Positions 27,582 through 39,471 of a DNA stretch of 55,578 nucleotides are shown here, piece by piece. How positions within the stretch are numbered: position 1 is the first letter of the stretch; each line of letters opens with the position of its first letter. The notes under the pieces were generated by a model, which saw only the letters and a list, made by a program, of their open reading frames with translations, was not told the DNA's origin and ran no database searches. Source of the DNA: Bigelowiella natans CCMP2755 (lineage: Eukaryota; Protista; Cercozoa); the NCBI GenBank assembly GCA_000320545.1, contig ADNK01000404.1, forward strand, positions 1-55,578, given 5' to 3'. The position numbers and the translations under genes are program-made.

Positions 27582-27955
27582 AAGGCATGGAAAAGCAGAA
27601 AGAACGGGTTGTGGTGTTGTGGATTTATGTGGTTATTATGGTACAAGTCTTATTGTTGCACTCCTCCTCCTCCTCCTCCTCCTCCTCCTCGTCATTTTCG
27701 CATCCTCTTTACTTTAAAAAAAAAAGAAAATCGCGTTTTGGGCATTCTCACTTCTGAGTGCAGGCCTTAACTCCTTTTGGATGCTGCAGATAGTGAAGAG
27801 GTAGGCAGCTGTTACGTTGTAGCGGCAGCAGCAGGGGAAGGAAGGGCTGCCGTTCCTCAATTCAAACATCATTTTGCAGTATGCATGCATGTACCAATTG
27901 TGCGAGAATGTACGTGCATGAACTCGTTTTATGCGTCAGCTCTATTTTCCTCTCC

Positions 27956-28003
<48 letters not shown>

Positions 28004-28236
28004 CTCTTTCGCTCTCCGTGTGTGTGTGTGTGTGTGTGTGTAAGCTCGTGTGTGTGTGTGCCCGCGTATGCCCTTGCAACCATTATTGCACGTGTGAACA
28101 CGATCATAGCTTTATCGGTCATGCAGCACTCACTAGCGTCTGACCTTTCTCCTCCCCGACATGATATGCTAATGTTAGTGGGATGAAGAAGCGAAACGGG
28201 AAATCAAAATCGGGTAAGACCGTCCAACGTGCATAG
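23453..28236 (+). CDS. TLC-domain (TMEM56/TLCD-like) multi-pass membrane protein
   Basis: Short exons EWNSRWPGFLHA, ACGFFAWDLLI, WQFVLHAMFC, FLIFE|LSTPVLHIR, FAVVFFLVRIVW and LNSFWMLQIVK. Stop TAG at 28234-28236. One internal exon unresolved. Confidence 0.85.
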
Positions 28237-28302
28237 CTGGCCATGTGATGAGGAGTCCTGAAGTTGTTGCATTCATTTCAAAAGGAGCACTTTCCCCCTA
28301 CT

Positions 28303-28347
<45 letters not shown>

Positions 28348-28380
28348 TTTCCACACTCACACACACACACACACACACAT
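24430..28380. repeat. Dense compound microsatellite field in TLC-gene introns and 3' flank: (TA)n, (TG)n, (GA)n, (CCT)n, (CAT)n
   Basis: Directly visible runs, e.g. ~24763-24871, ~26280-26380, ~26640-26735 and ~27296-27331. Confidence 0.95.
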
Positions 28381-29172
28381 ATTTTTTTATGAACGAAATT
28401 GGAATACAATAACTTTTTATACTTCGTAATAATTCCCTCATCTACACTACAGGAAAGTCTGAGTAGCCTGTAATGGTTTTACCAAAGATACTTGCTACAA
28501 ATTGTTCAGAGAGCTTGTTTGATAAACTTCCGAAGAGCATTCGTGAGCTCGCAATACTAAAATAACTAGATATTGCTACCTTCGATCCACATAATGTCTG
28601 ACGACGAGTTGCCTGCTGCTGGCATTCCGTCTCTCCGTTAGCATAGAGCATGCGCCTACCTAGCTATAGCTACGCTAGTATAGCATAGAGCTAGATATAG
28701 GTTTTTGCTCTGCCACTCGTAGTGCACATGCCGCAATTATGCTCAACGCCTTTGATGTAATTGCCTTTCGTACACAAGGACTAAGAATTCTGCGCAAATG
28801 TGCATAGCTAGATAGCTTTTGTTGGGCGGCAGTAACTTCATGCTAGTGACTAGTTATACTGCGCTAGCGTGCGCAATGTGATCAATGTCTAGATATGTGT
28901 TTGCCTAGTTAGTTGAATGTTGAGGGAGAAACGCTAGCTAGCTAGCTAGCTAGTACGTGCGCACAGCTAGATGTGCTGATCGTATAATCGATGTGCATGT
29001 GTGTATCTAGATGTACGTGCTATCTAGCTATGATGATCTAGGATAACAATGCAGTGCTCATCGGATCTAACCTTCACGCGTTTGCCACATCCATCCTAAG
29101 CCATCACGCTACACATCAGTACGTTGAAAAAGTAGCTCAAAGCGTATTCAAGCCCCTAGATCCTTTCATCAA
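28237..29172. other. Convergent spacer rich in palindromic words
   Basis: GCTAGCTAGCTAGCTAGCTAG at ~28933 and CTAGCTATAGCTACGCTAG at ~28660. Confidence 0.8.
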
Positions 29173-31418
29173 TTATTGCATGGCAGCAAGCTGCCTTCGA
29201 ATTTCTGCCACAGCATCTCGTTGTGCCATATTCTTATTTTGCTTTTCTGTGAGTGAATCTTCATTGTCAGACTTCGCAGACTCGAATTCGTTGGATCGCA
29301 AGCTGACATTATCCTGAACCAGCGCCGTATGCTTTGGACGTGTAAATTTATGAGCTTGTGTTGCCTCATCGTCCTGATTCTCGGAAGCACACGACTTACT
29401 ATCACACGATTTCACCGGAGTATTCTTAGCCAAAGTGTTTGAGTGCATTGGGGGAATTCGAGGGGAGTTTTTCTTCTTCCGCATTCTTGCGCTGCCTAAC
29501 TTTCTACGCCCTGAGTAAGGTCGGCTTTTCTTATTCAAAACTCCAACTGATTTCGATCTGGGAGGTTTAGGGACGCTAGCAGCATAAATTTTAGCTTTTT
29601 CCCTCGCTGTGAGTTTGCGAGGTTGAGATGATATGCCTTGCTTCGTTTGGCTGCGCATACGACGCAGGTTATTCTCGCGCGTTTTAGCAGCGGCTAGGAG
29701 CATACGTTCACGCTTTTCTTTTTTCTTTTGCCATTCATCGGTTCCGGTATTTGCACCCAACCCTCCTAGCTTTTGGTTGCGTGCATTGCTTTGCTGAAGA
29801 CGATAGTCATCCATAGTGTACGGTTTGAATTTAGATCGAGCTCTATTTTCTCCCTTAGTGGAATATCCTGAGGGTGGATGCCTTGCGTTTCGAGAATCCA
29901 CGCTCCGAGATCTAATAAATTTGCTATCGTATACATTTTTGCGTGAATGGTGGCCTCTCTGATGGGAGTTGAGGGAGGGCAGCATGGATGAACTCTCACT
30001 GGAAGCGGGACCTTTATCTGTCCGCTTCTTCTTGGTTCTATAATTACGTCTTTCGACATGAGACTTCAGGCGCTCGGGTTCTGAGCCTCGTTCCAAGTTA
30101 TCGTTTGGATGAATATTCGGTTGCATTGCAACAGCATACGCTTGTTGCTGTTGTTGTTGTTGTTGCCGAATGCCATGTGGAGGAACTGGATAATGACTGA
30201 ACTGCGCAGGATGATGAAAACTATGGTTGTTGCCAGGGAGATTATAGGGGTATGACGGTTGCAACGGTGGTGTCGCCGGGCTCATAGAAGGATTAATAGC
30301 AGGATGATTCATCATAGGTTCATACGAAGAAGATGCAGAACTCGAGATTGGAACAGAACCTAAATGTCCGCGAGTTCCAGCGGCAGCTGGATGGTATCTG
30401 TCATCCAGATCATCTGCAAAGTGCACACTATTGCGCTGCTGACCAGGTCGAATTGCGCCATGGGATTGCTGGTATCCCCGAAATTCAGGATTAACTCCTG
30501 TGAAATCACTATTCGCTCTCTGCACGAAGTATTCTTTGCTGGAGCTCCCGGAATAGTATGTGTTGCCATGAGTGCTAATTTTCTTTTGGTCTAATTTAGA
30601 TTTGTTCTTGCCATCCGTGTCAAGGTCAACACCCTGCCATGTATCTTGTGGGTTCGATTTCTCCTTTTTCTGCGGCAGGAAATCTTGAAAGTCAACCTCT
30701 GAGCCCAAGAGCATTTCATCCAAAGCGTCTGCAGTGGGTTTCGATGTGTTCCAATTTTTTGGGTTGTTTTCCCGATTACATTGATCGTCTAAGCCCGCCT
30801 CTGTGTTGGCCTTGTTTTCTGTGTTGAGTTTCCCCCTTTGCGCAGAACTATTAGAAGATTGCTTGTAGACGTTTCCCTCGGTAATTTCTGCATTATTTCT
30901 ATTTATTTCTCCACTTTCACTACGGGCGCTAAGTTGTTCAGCCTCCTGAACGTATCCATAGGGGTCTAGGTCTGTTTCCTTTGTGCCACTAAAGAATATA
31001 TTTATTCAGTTTAGAATATTTCAAAAGCTAGATTTTTCTTCAAATTTACCGAGTCTCATTGTTGGGTCGTGGTCTTTCCGCGGAAGGCCTAGAATGGCGT
31101 CCTTGAGAATTGACTGCGCGTCGCCCTCTGCCAAGCCTGGAACGGATTACAAGATCGAATGAAGATAATATATTCACGCCGGTATTTGTGAATAAGTTCT
31201 TACCCGATATCTTTTTCGATTTCTGAAACTTTCCCCGTTCTTCCCACCACTTTAAATCTGTTTTGGAACTGAATCCGTTATAAATTAGGGTTCAATCAGA
31301 TGCCATTTCAGCCAATGACTTCATGTCTACCGCCGTTCTCCTACCGCGTTTCTCCTTTTCAAAAGGGTTGCATATTAGCTTCATTATGGATTACTCTTGC
31401 TCTGAAGTCTGAACTCAT
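29173..31418 (-). CDS. JHY (C11orf63)-like ciliary protein with a large low-complexity N-terminal part
   Basis: C-terminal motifs FKPYTMDDYR...KLGGLGAN...W..KKEKRERM and AREKAKIYAASVPKP match the conserved JHY C-terminal region as I recall it. Large last exon; 5' exons approximate. Confidence 0.7.
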
Positions 31419-31766
31419 TGAAAATGCGTATTGAATCTTGTTCAAAAATCCATTGCTTCCTCTGTCGAGTCGATGCTTGGAAAACCCTGCAAATTGGACT
31501 GACTGTATATTGCTATTGTATAGTTTATTGTTAGTAGAAATTCCAAACCTTGATGCAACTTGTGTTGTCCGAGCTTTTAATGTCACGAACTGGACAAATT
31601 TATTTCCTTGAAGCCTGCTGTTAATTCCCTTCGCCTGTTCATCAATGAGTACATTGTGATACTTCGATTAGATGTGGTTCTTTCATTGAGTCCCTAGACG
31701 TGTTGACACAGGCAGCTTTCGGCGAGAAATCAGATCAAAATATTCGACAGGGGAGAGAGACACATG

Positions 31767-31835
<69 letters not shown>

Positions 31836-32526
31836 ACACATACCCAAAAGAATGTCTGCCCTGGCCTGTAGTGGGACAGCAGTTAGATAAGCGACGTTCG
31901 TTGTGTAACGGTGAATACACGAAATCATAATTTCATCTGTTTGTTGCATGGGGATCCGGCTTTGTCGCAGGGGGGTTCACTACATAATAAATGCGACATG
32001 AAGAAGTTGTTGTCGTACCGTAGAAGTATCAGCCACAAAGATGGAGGATTTTGGGAACACATCTTCGTTGGAGTTTTTGCAGACATGAGAGAAACAGCGA
32101 TTTCGCCGAGTCGCGCAGATCTTATCCGCGACTATTTTCGCTTGGGAGAACTTCTCTCGAGGAGATTTTGCACAGTGCACAGTGGCTTTAATCTAAAATT
32201 CAGATAGTTGCCGTACATCCAAATGACTGAGAGGCAGCATGATCGACCTTGATTTAGTTCGTTTTTTGATAATTGTTGAGTCTCTCACGAATATTTTGCC
32301 CTCATTAGCAAGAGCTTTGGCCACTTGTGTAAATCTCAACGGGTTGTTGCCTCGACACAGATGAGGTAGAATGGAGGAAGACGGGTCCAAGCAAAACTAG
32401 TAAGGTACAGCCCTCTTCTTGCGCTGTGCACAAGTCCTCGTTCTGATCGAAAACAATATGATGTGTATTTGTGAACTAGAAGAGATAAATTTGGGGTCGC
32501 TCTGAAAGGAAACACAACGAGAAAGA

Positions 32527-34669
32527 ATGATCAGCGGCGGTATGAGGTCCGGGAAACCGGAGATGATCAGCGGTGGGGCGAAGGCAAACAAACGGGTTCA
32601 GGAATTCGGGGACGTGCGCATCAAAGATCTATGGCAGTGGGACCGTGAGAGCTCAAGTTCTAGTCCTGATCAGGACGAAAAGTCGTCGATAAAGTCAGTG
32701 AAGTCTACAAAATCGGTTAAGCGGGAATTCCGAGTCAGCCAGCAGGGAGCGAGAAACGCTAAAACTTACCCTGATACGTCCTGTCACGACATGAACAAAA
32801 TAATCAAGCAGAAGGGAAAGGGAAAGTTAGTCATGGAAATAGACGAAAAGGGAGCCAAACTGAGCCAAGAACGTAAGGAGAATCCGCTACCGCCAAAACC
32901 GAACTGCTTCTCTCACTCACAATGGGAGTCTTTGAAGGAGGAGATGGCAGCAGATCTACGTTATGGAGAGTGGGCTTATCACTGTCACAGCAAGATGATG
33001 TGGTGGTCCACAAGCTTACATAGGATCTTCAACGTCAAGAAGAAAAGTAACAAGGAAGGACTTAAACTCTCTGACTACGCCAAGCTAATACATGAGGATG
33101 ACCGAGATCTCCTACAATTTTTATTTGACAGAGCTGTACATGAAGGGGTAAATGTGTGAGCTAGGAGAGCTATTATAAGCGATTTCCATACAAATTATCA
33201 CGTATAAAAAATATACAGGTGGCTTTCACGGTGACTCATCGTTGCTCGGTCCCAACCGGAAAAGATGGGGCCAAGAAGACTTTGTGGTACTGCAGCTGTT
33301 TTATGATGTTCCCGAGTTGTTCGTCCCCAATTATTGGATTAATTTTGGATAATAATATTTTTCCGCCGTCTTGCGATTGGGTCAAAATCCTTCATTCGGT
33401 TGGTTTCCATGCTGTAACATTTTCGGTGCATCGTTTCTCCGTTTCGCAAACAAAAAGACTTGTACACTTATGCAGATTTTACTTTGCTCATTGTACGATT
33501 GTAGGTGCCATTGTATATGCAAAGTACGTTACAGCAGCAGCAACCGCCGTCGAAATAATATGACTTCTATGAAGAGTGACAGAACATCAGCAGCAGCAGC
33601 ATTGCCGTCATTGCCCCAAATTGCTTCAGGGAGTAGCAATATTACCGATTGCCAGCAGCATAGTGCTAGAAACGATGATCGGAATAATGGCTACCACCAA
33701 AAGAAGAGGAGCAGTAGGAGTGTGGAGGAGGGGGATAGCAGCAGCAGCTGTCCTAGTGCCGGAAATAGTCACTCGCGTCTTAAGATAGACTCCCTGAAGA
33801 GAGGCTGCGCATTCACCATTCCCATTATAAAGCAGGTGTTGTCATTATAACTTACCTAAGTTAAGCAAGAGACAGAAGATAGACCAATAAGCAAGGGTGT
33901 AAATCAAAATGAACTTTGCGTGCATCGTTTAAACCTTTTGAGTGAATGGAATTGCATATCAAATTATTTAATTAATCGCAGCAAAAATCGTAATATTTGT
34001 TTCTCGTAATTGTTTTTATGATCTCAATTCTATTGACTAGAATCGAGGAAAAACAAGTCCTGGCAGCTTTTCGGATGACTCCCCTCTATTAGATGCTGAA
34101 AGTAAATAGATACTTTTATAACCATATATACGTCTTGTCTGAGTAGGGACGAATCTCCCGGAATGCAGAAACTATAAATGCGCTTATGTACACGTTCAAT
34201 GACCTTCACCATGTATCAAATTGTGTTCACAACCCACTTCCACTAGCAGCAACCATAAATAGTCATTGTTTAATTTTCCTCAGGTAAAGAAAATCGGTAC
34301 CTTGTCGGCCTGCTACAAGATGTAACATCGGCCATCAACGATTCAGACGTAAACAACATATATCCCTTGTTTTCCAGTCGTTTTTCCAATTGTATGTCTC
34401 CTGCATGAAAAGTAACCCAGAATAGGAAATACAACGTCTACCAAATACATCCTAATCATCACGCAAATCCATCCCAATGAAATTATCTTTGCTATGGCAA
34501 AGAGGCAGGCCATATGTTTTTCCTTATCCCATAATCCCTCGTTTTTGTTCTGCAGGCAACGGAAAATTTGAAGTCATACATTAACAACCAAGAGGTACGA
34601 TTGAAAGCCCGGCAGCCCCTTGTCGCTGATGAAATCGAGAATGCGAACCCTGTATGTCAATTGTCTTGA
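32527..34669 (+). CDS. Stand-alone PAS (PAS_3-like) domain protein with a C-terminal CaaX
   Basis: YGEWAYHCHSKMMWWSTSLHRIF...YAKLIHEDDRD..., FTVTHR, WCHCICK and YLVGLLQDVT. Six phase-compatible exons ending CQLS-TGA at 34667-34669. Confidence 0.8.
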
Positions 34670-35278
34670 GAGAACAGCTATTTTACCATCATTGATGGCA
34701 CGCAGTGTGCGTAAATTAACAACAGTTCTTTTGTCACTTCCGTACACTCTACAGCAATATTTGCGATTGTTGTGGAGTTCGCATGCATGTGGGGTTGAGT
34801 ATATGAGACTTCAATGATGAGTTGCATGATCGAATAGGGATAATCCGAATCATTGGCCACATGTAAATGAGCGCAGCGTTCCGCCATTACGGCCACACGC
34901 ACACGTACATGGCTACGATGCGCGCGTGCGCGATGTTGCGACGTCGTAGCAACGTGCAGTGGCAACGACACGCTGTGTGACACGTGCACGGTGCGCGCAC
35001 CGTGGTTAGCGCACTAGCGTAGCAGCAGGCTAGCACGTGCCACGCACACAGTGCACACAGCAAAAATGTCGCACACATCGTCGGGTAAACTAAAGGCTGC
35101 ATGCAGCTGGCGAGCTACACGATGCTACGACTGCAATGATGCATGAAATGCAAGAAGGCTAGGCTGGGGCAACATCCAGCGGCGAATTTTGAAGTTGGGC
35201 ATGCATGCTAGCATGCCATTTCTGTACATCATCCATACAAGTTAGCAAAAGAAGACAAAGAATTCTACTCTTAAAATT
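34670..35278. other. Convergent spacer rich in palindromes and alternating purine-pyrimidine sequence
   Basis: Perfect palindrome CACGGTGCGCGCACCGTG at 34987-35004, GCATGCATGCTAGCATGC at ~35199 and GCGCGCGTGCGCG. Confidence 0.75.
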
Positions 35279-36634
35279 CTAATAATCTTCAAGATCATCT
35301 ATTGCAACATTTTCATTTTTGTCATAAAATTCTTGGGCTCTTCTGGCTTCTTCAATGGGATCAGGCTCTCGTAATCGTATTGCTTCCACCGATTCTCTCC
35401 AGCTTCGAACAAGGCCACTTTCTTCATGTACTTCCTGAAGAGGTTGTGGTGCATCCATTCCAGCTTTGACCTGATCATAGTTTTGATTTTTAGTAATCAT
35501 CTGCGACACTAGGGGAAGATGAAATAAGCATACTTGCTCCTCCAATGCATTCGACAAGACCTCTTGTAGAGGTAGGTCCTTGTTCAGAACATTTGCAGCC
35601 ACTAAAACAACAAAAGGTACTTCGTGCTCCCAGCTGTGGTCCATTAGTTCCAATATCTTTATCTTCAACAAACAAACAAATCAGAGGATAAAGGATGATG
35701 CTTTATTATTGTGTTACCTGCGAAGCCCATGGTATTCCCCCAAATATGATCGCCCGTTCAGTCCAGTTGCTCCTCAACAGTTCAGGACTTTCAAATTGGA
35801 AAACATTAGAAAGTGAATACCCTGTGGAACTAAAGAATATGACCTCATCTGAGCGACATACTGGAGGTCGGGCTCCTCAACCTCTAGCGCTGCCTCCAGC
35901 GACCCTTCGAGCACATATGCATGTTTGAGATTGGAATTGGTAAGGTAAAGTCGACGGGGTACCTTCTAGCATTGGATCGGATACCGGGACGACTTTCAAT
36001 TTTCTGTTAATCTATGGCGGTGAGCAAGTTAGGGATCCATGATTGTTGTCTTTCGGCGTTTTATTGACGGGCGCATACCTCATGTGTAAGATAGCGGATC
36101 TTAATGATTTCATCGAGTGAAAATCCTGCCAAGAGAACGGCATCTGGACCATATGCAACACTATCCTCTGGATTTCCCGAGGCATGAAACTTTGAATCAG
36201 GGTCTAAGCAAAATTCGATCTTATGTATCTCTTGGAAGACAAAATATACGCAGCAGGCAGTCATCTGAAACCAGTGCTTACCAAGAGTCTGGCTATTCAA
36301 ATCTTGTCCAAAGTTAAATCCAAACGGGTCCACATCAGGTCCGGATGAGCGTACATAGTCGCTGAATTCATCCCCAATGAACTGGTCCGCTTCGGTTTCC
36401 TCCTAATACAATCGCATCTAAGTCGCTGATGCTCGCAAGTAGCACTTAACGTACCTTTCTTGCTTGCAGCAGGCCCCGAAATCCTGAGGGAAAGCGGGGA
36501 TATAGCCGACGACCGAAAGCAGAAGCATGGTTATTGGATGCAGGTTGAGATGGCCGGAGCTGGGTGAAGGATAGCGGGATCCAGGATGAAGAGATGAGGA
36601 CGATGACCCAAGCAAGGGGTTGAGCAGCTGCCAT
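35279..36634 (-). CDS. DUF3783-like protein with a bipartite leader (probably plastid-targeted)
   Basis: DSKF...YGPDAVLLAGFSLDEIIKIR and RAIIFGGI...VVLVAANVLNKDLPLQEVL resemble the plant chloroplast DUF3783 family. N-terminus LAWVIVLISSSW is followed by an Arg-rich segment. Confidence 0.7.
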
Positions 36635-37066
36635 TCTCCTCAGATCCAGGTGCCTTTCCCTACCCGCCTGTAGTTGGTCGGCGACGGTCCACTTTTCCTG
36701 TTGATTCGATGATGATTCAACTGTTCCGGCGGCAGGGTTGGGGTGGGGTATCGTTCCACCACCCGAAGGAATCTATCTGCATTCCTGCACCTGTCTTCTT
36801 CGTGTGCAAGAAACTTCCTAGAAAAACTACAAACAACGATGAAAACACTGCCAATATTTGCAACAACAGGTCGGAGAAGAAAATGGGAAGCAAATCGTCT
36901 TGAAAACATCTGATTATTTTTTATCAGCTGTCGGACCGAGGAACCATCGAACAAACTCGAACAGCAGCCCCCAGAAGGAGCAGGGCTCGTGGGGGGAGCT
37001 TTGATCCCACCGCCTATGTACTTACCATTCGTGCTTACGCCTGCTGGGATACACCTCTAGAATCCA

Positions 37067-38077
37067 ATGATGCGAAGAGCATCGGCAACGTTCATGGCGT
37101 CCATGGCGTCATGGCGGAAGACGGTTGTGCACAGGACGCTTAAGATGCACCGCCGCTCGGCTATAGTATGTGGCCATCGCGCTCGAAACTATGGCCTCTT
37201 CGCCTCTGCGAACTCAATGTAATATTGTGTTCACAGCATTTTTTTTCCCCCCACCCCCCCCCCCGCCTCCTCTTAAAAAAAAAATGGCAAACATTTCCGT
37301 TATGAAAGGTATTCGCCTCAAATCGACATCAACGACGAAACAATATTCCAGGTGCAATGACGACTGTCGTGCATTTCGAACATGTCCTTTGAGATTTCGA
37401 AGCACCTTTCCCCATAATCACAGCTCTGATATTTTTCTTTGAGATTAAAATGCGAGGTAAAGAAACCAGATGGCACTCTCAGAAACTCCTCATCAGAATA
37501 ATGTATTATTGTGGTTCGGTTTGTAGGTGTCGACGGGGCAGGGAAGGTCCGCAGTGGCCATCATAAGGATATCGGGTACGTACGACGCACAGACACTAAA
37601 AGCAGACTTCTCACCGACGAAAACTCGAAAAAAGAGCTGCAGTTCATCGAAAATGTTTTTTAAAAAAATAGGGGCCAGGGCAGTAGAGGCTTACCTCCGA
37701 ATCACAAACAAGGAGAAGACTCCAAAACCACGATTTGCAAGGACATGTACTCTCTTCGATTCCGAGGTTAAGTTGTTCGCTGATGGCAAATTTATCATGG
37801 CCTGATTTGGTTTTTTTTAACAAAATGCTTTTTCATTCTAGGGTACCATGATAGACGCTAACGTGCTATCTTTGTTTTTCTGTGGGCCGAAAAGCTATAC
37901 CGGAGAAGATGTCATTGAGGTGCGCATGATGATGATGATGATGATGATGATGGCGAAGAAAGAAAGGGGGGACAACATTTGACAACGATGCAGCGCATGT
38001 CACTCATGTGAAATATAAAGATGCATACACTGATACACTCATGTCATGTACGTTTCAACGCGCTGGATTGGTGTGTG

Positions 38078-38116
<39 letters not shown>

Positions 38117-38125
38117 AATAAAACA

Positions 38126-38177
<52 letters not shown>

Positions 38178-39322
38178 TGATTGAAAGATTTGATTTATTC
38201 AACAGTTGCACGTGCATGGCAATCCTTTGGTGGTCCGAGGAGTAATGCAAGCCCTCTCAAGAATGGAGGGTCTCCGAACTGCGCAACCTGGTACTATGTA
38301 CATATGTTTGTATGCATACATGTATCTACGTGCACGTGTGCGAAGCCTCTCGCATCTGTAGGCGGAGATGAATAGATGGGCGTTGTCGTCTGTTTACTCG
38401 CTCTCAACTTCGTCTCCGATCATACGTGATTGGTGATATATGAGGCAAGCTATGATGATTTTACAGGAGAATTCACCCGGAGGGCGTTTGAGAATGCGAA
38501 AATGGATCTGATGCAAGTAGTCCGTGCTAAAGTTGATGTTGTTGTAGGAATATTGTTACCACATCTCCATCGTACTTTCCTCCTCCTCCTCCTCCTCCTC
38601 CTCCTTCCTTCTACCACTGCACTGAGGCCTTATCTTCCACTTATCCAACAAAGATAGAGGGTCTTAGTGATTTGCTGACGTCGGAAACGGAGGCACAGCG
38701 CTCGCAGTCTTTGCTCCAACTGAAAGGTCGCTTTGGCCTGAGATATGATGAGTGGCGAGAAAGGTACTAGCACAGCCATAACGTTGCTTTCCGCCATTAC
38801 CCGAACTTTAATTTGTTGTCCTCGTCCCTCGGGTGTGCTTGAATGCAAAACGAGATACGCACACGAACAAACCCATGAGCGACACACACACACACACACA
38901 CATTCGTACACATACACAAACACATACAGATACGCATACACCCCCCCCCCCGCGCCGCGCTATGTATGTGATCATGCAATAGATCTAGCCATCGTGCTAT
39001 CTCACGGGGAGTGCAAGATGCTGTTTTTCTCTAAAATGTTATAATGTAGGGTTCTGCGCGGCCTGGCATATCTCGAGGCCACTATCGATTTTGCGGAGGA
39101 TGAGGTCGCCACATCATGAGTGAATGGCAATTGCGCGCAATGTCGATGACAATCGTGATGATGATGACGACGGTGGTGGTGGTGGTGTTGTGGAAATACG
39201 ACGTGTCCAGGCTGACGTTGCGGAAGAGGAAATAATAGCGAAAATTAGGCCTGAGTTGATGGAAGTAGAAGATCAAATTGGAAAGGCATTAAGCGACACG
39301 AGGAGGTGACTCAATTGATAGC

Positions 39323-39353
<31 letters not shown>

Positions 39354-39427
39354 TAGTGGTAGTTTGAAGAAAATGTGTGCTACGTAGAGTATTTGTGTGG
39401 GGTGGGTGGGTGGGATATATATATATA

Positions 39428-39471
<44 letters not shown>

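Noticed and set aside
32527-32577. Short direct repeat ATGATCAGCGG (MISGG twice)
   Set aside because: A single local duplication with no further structure.
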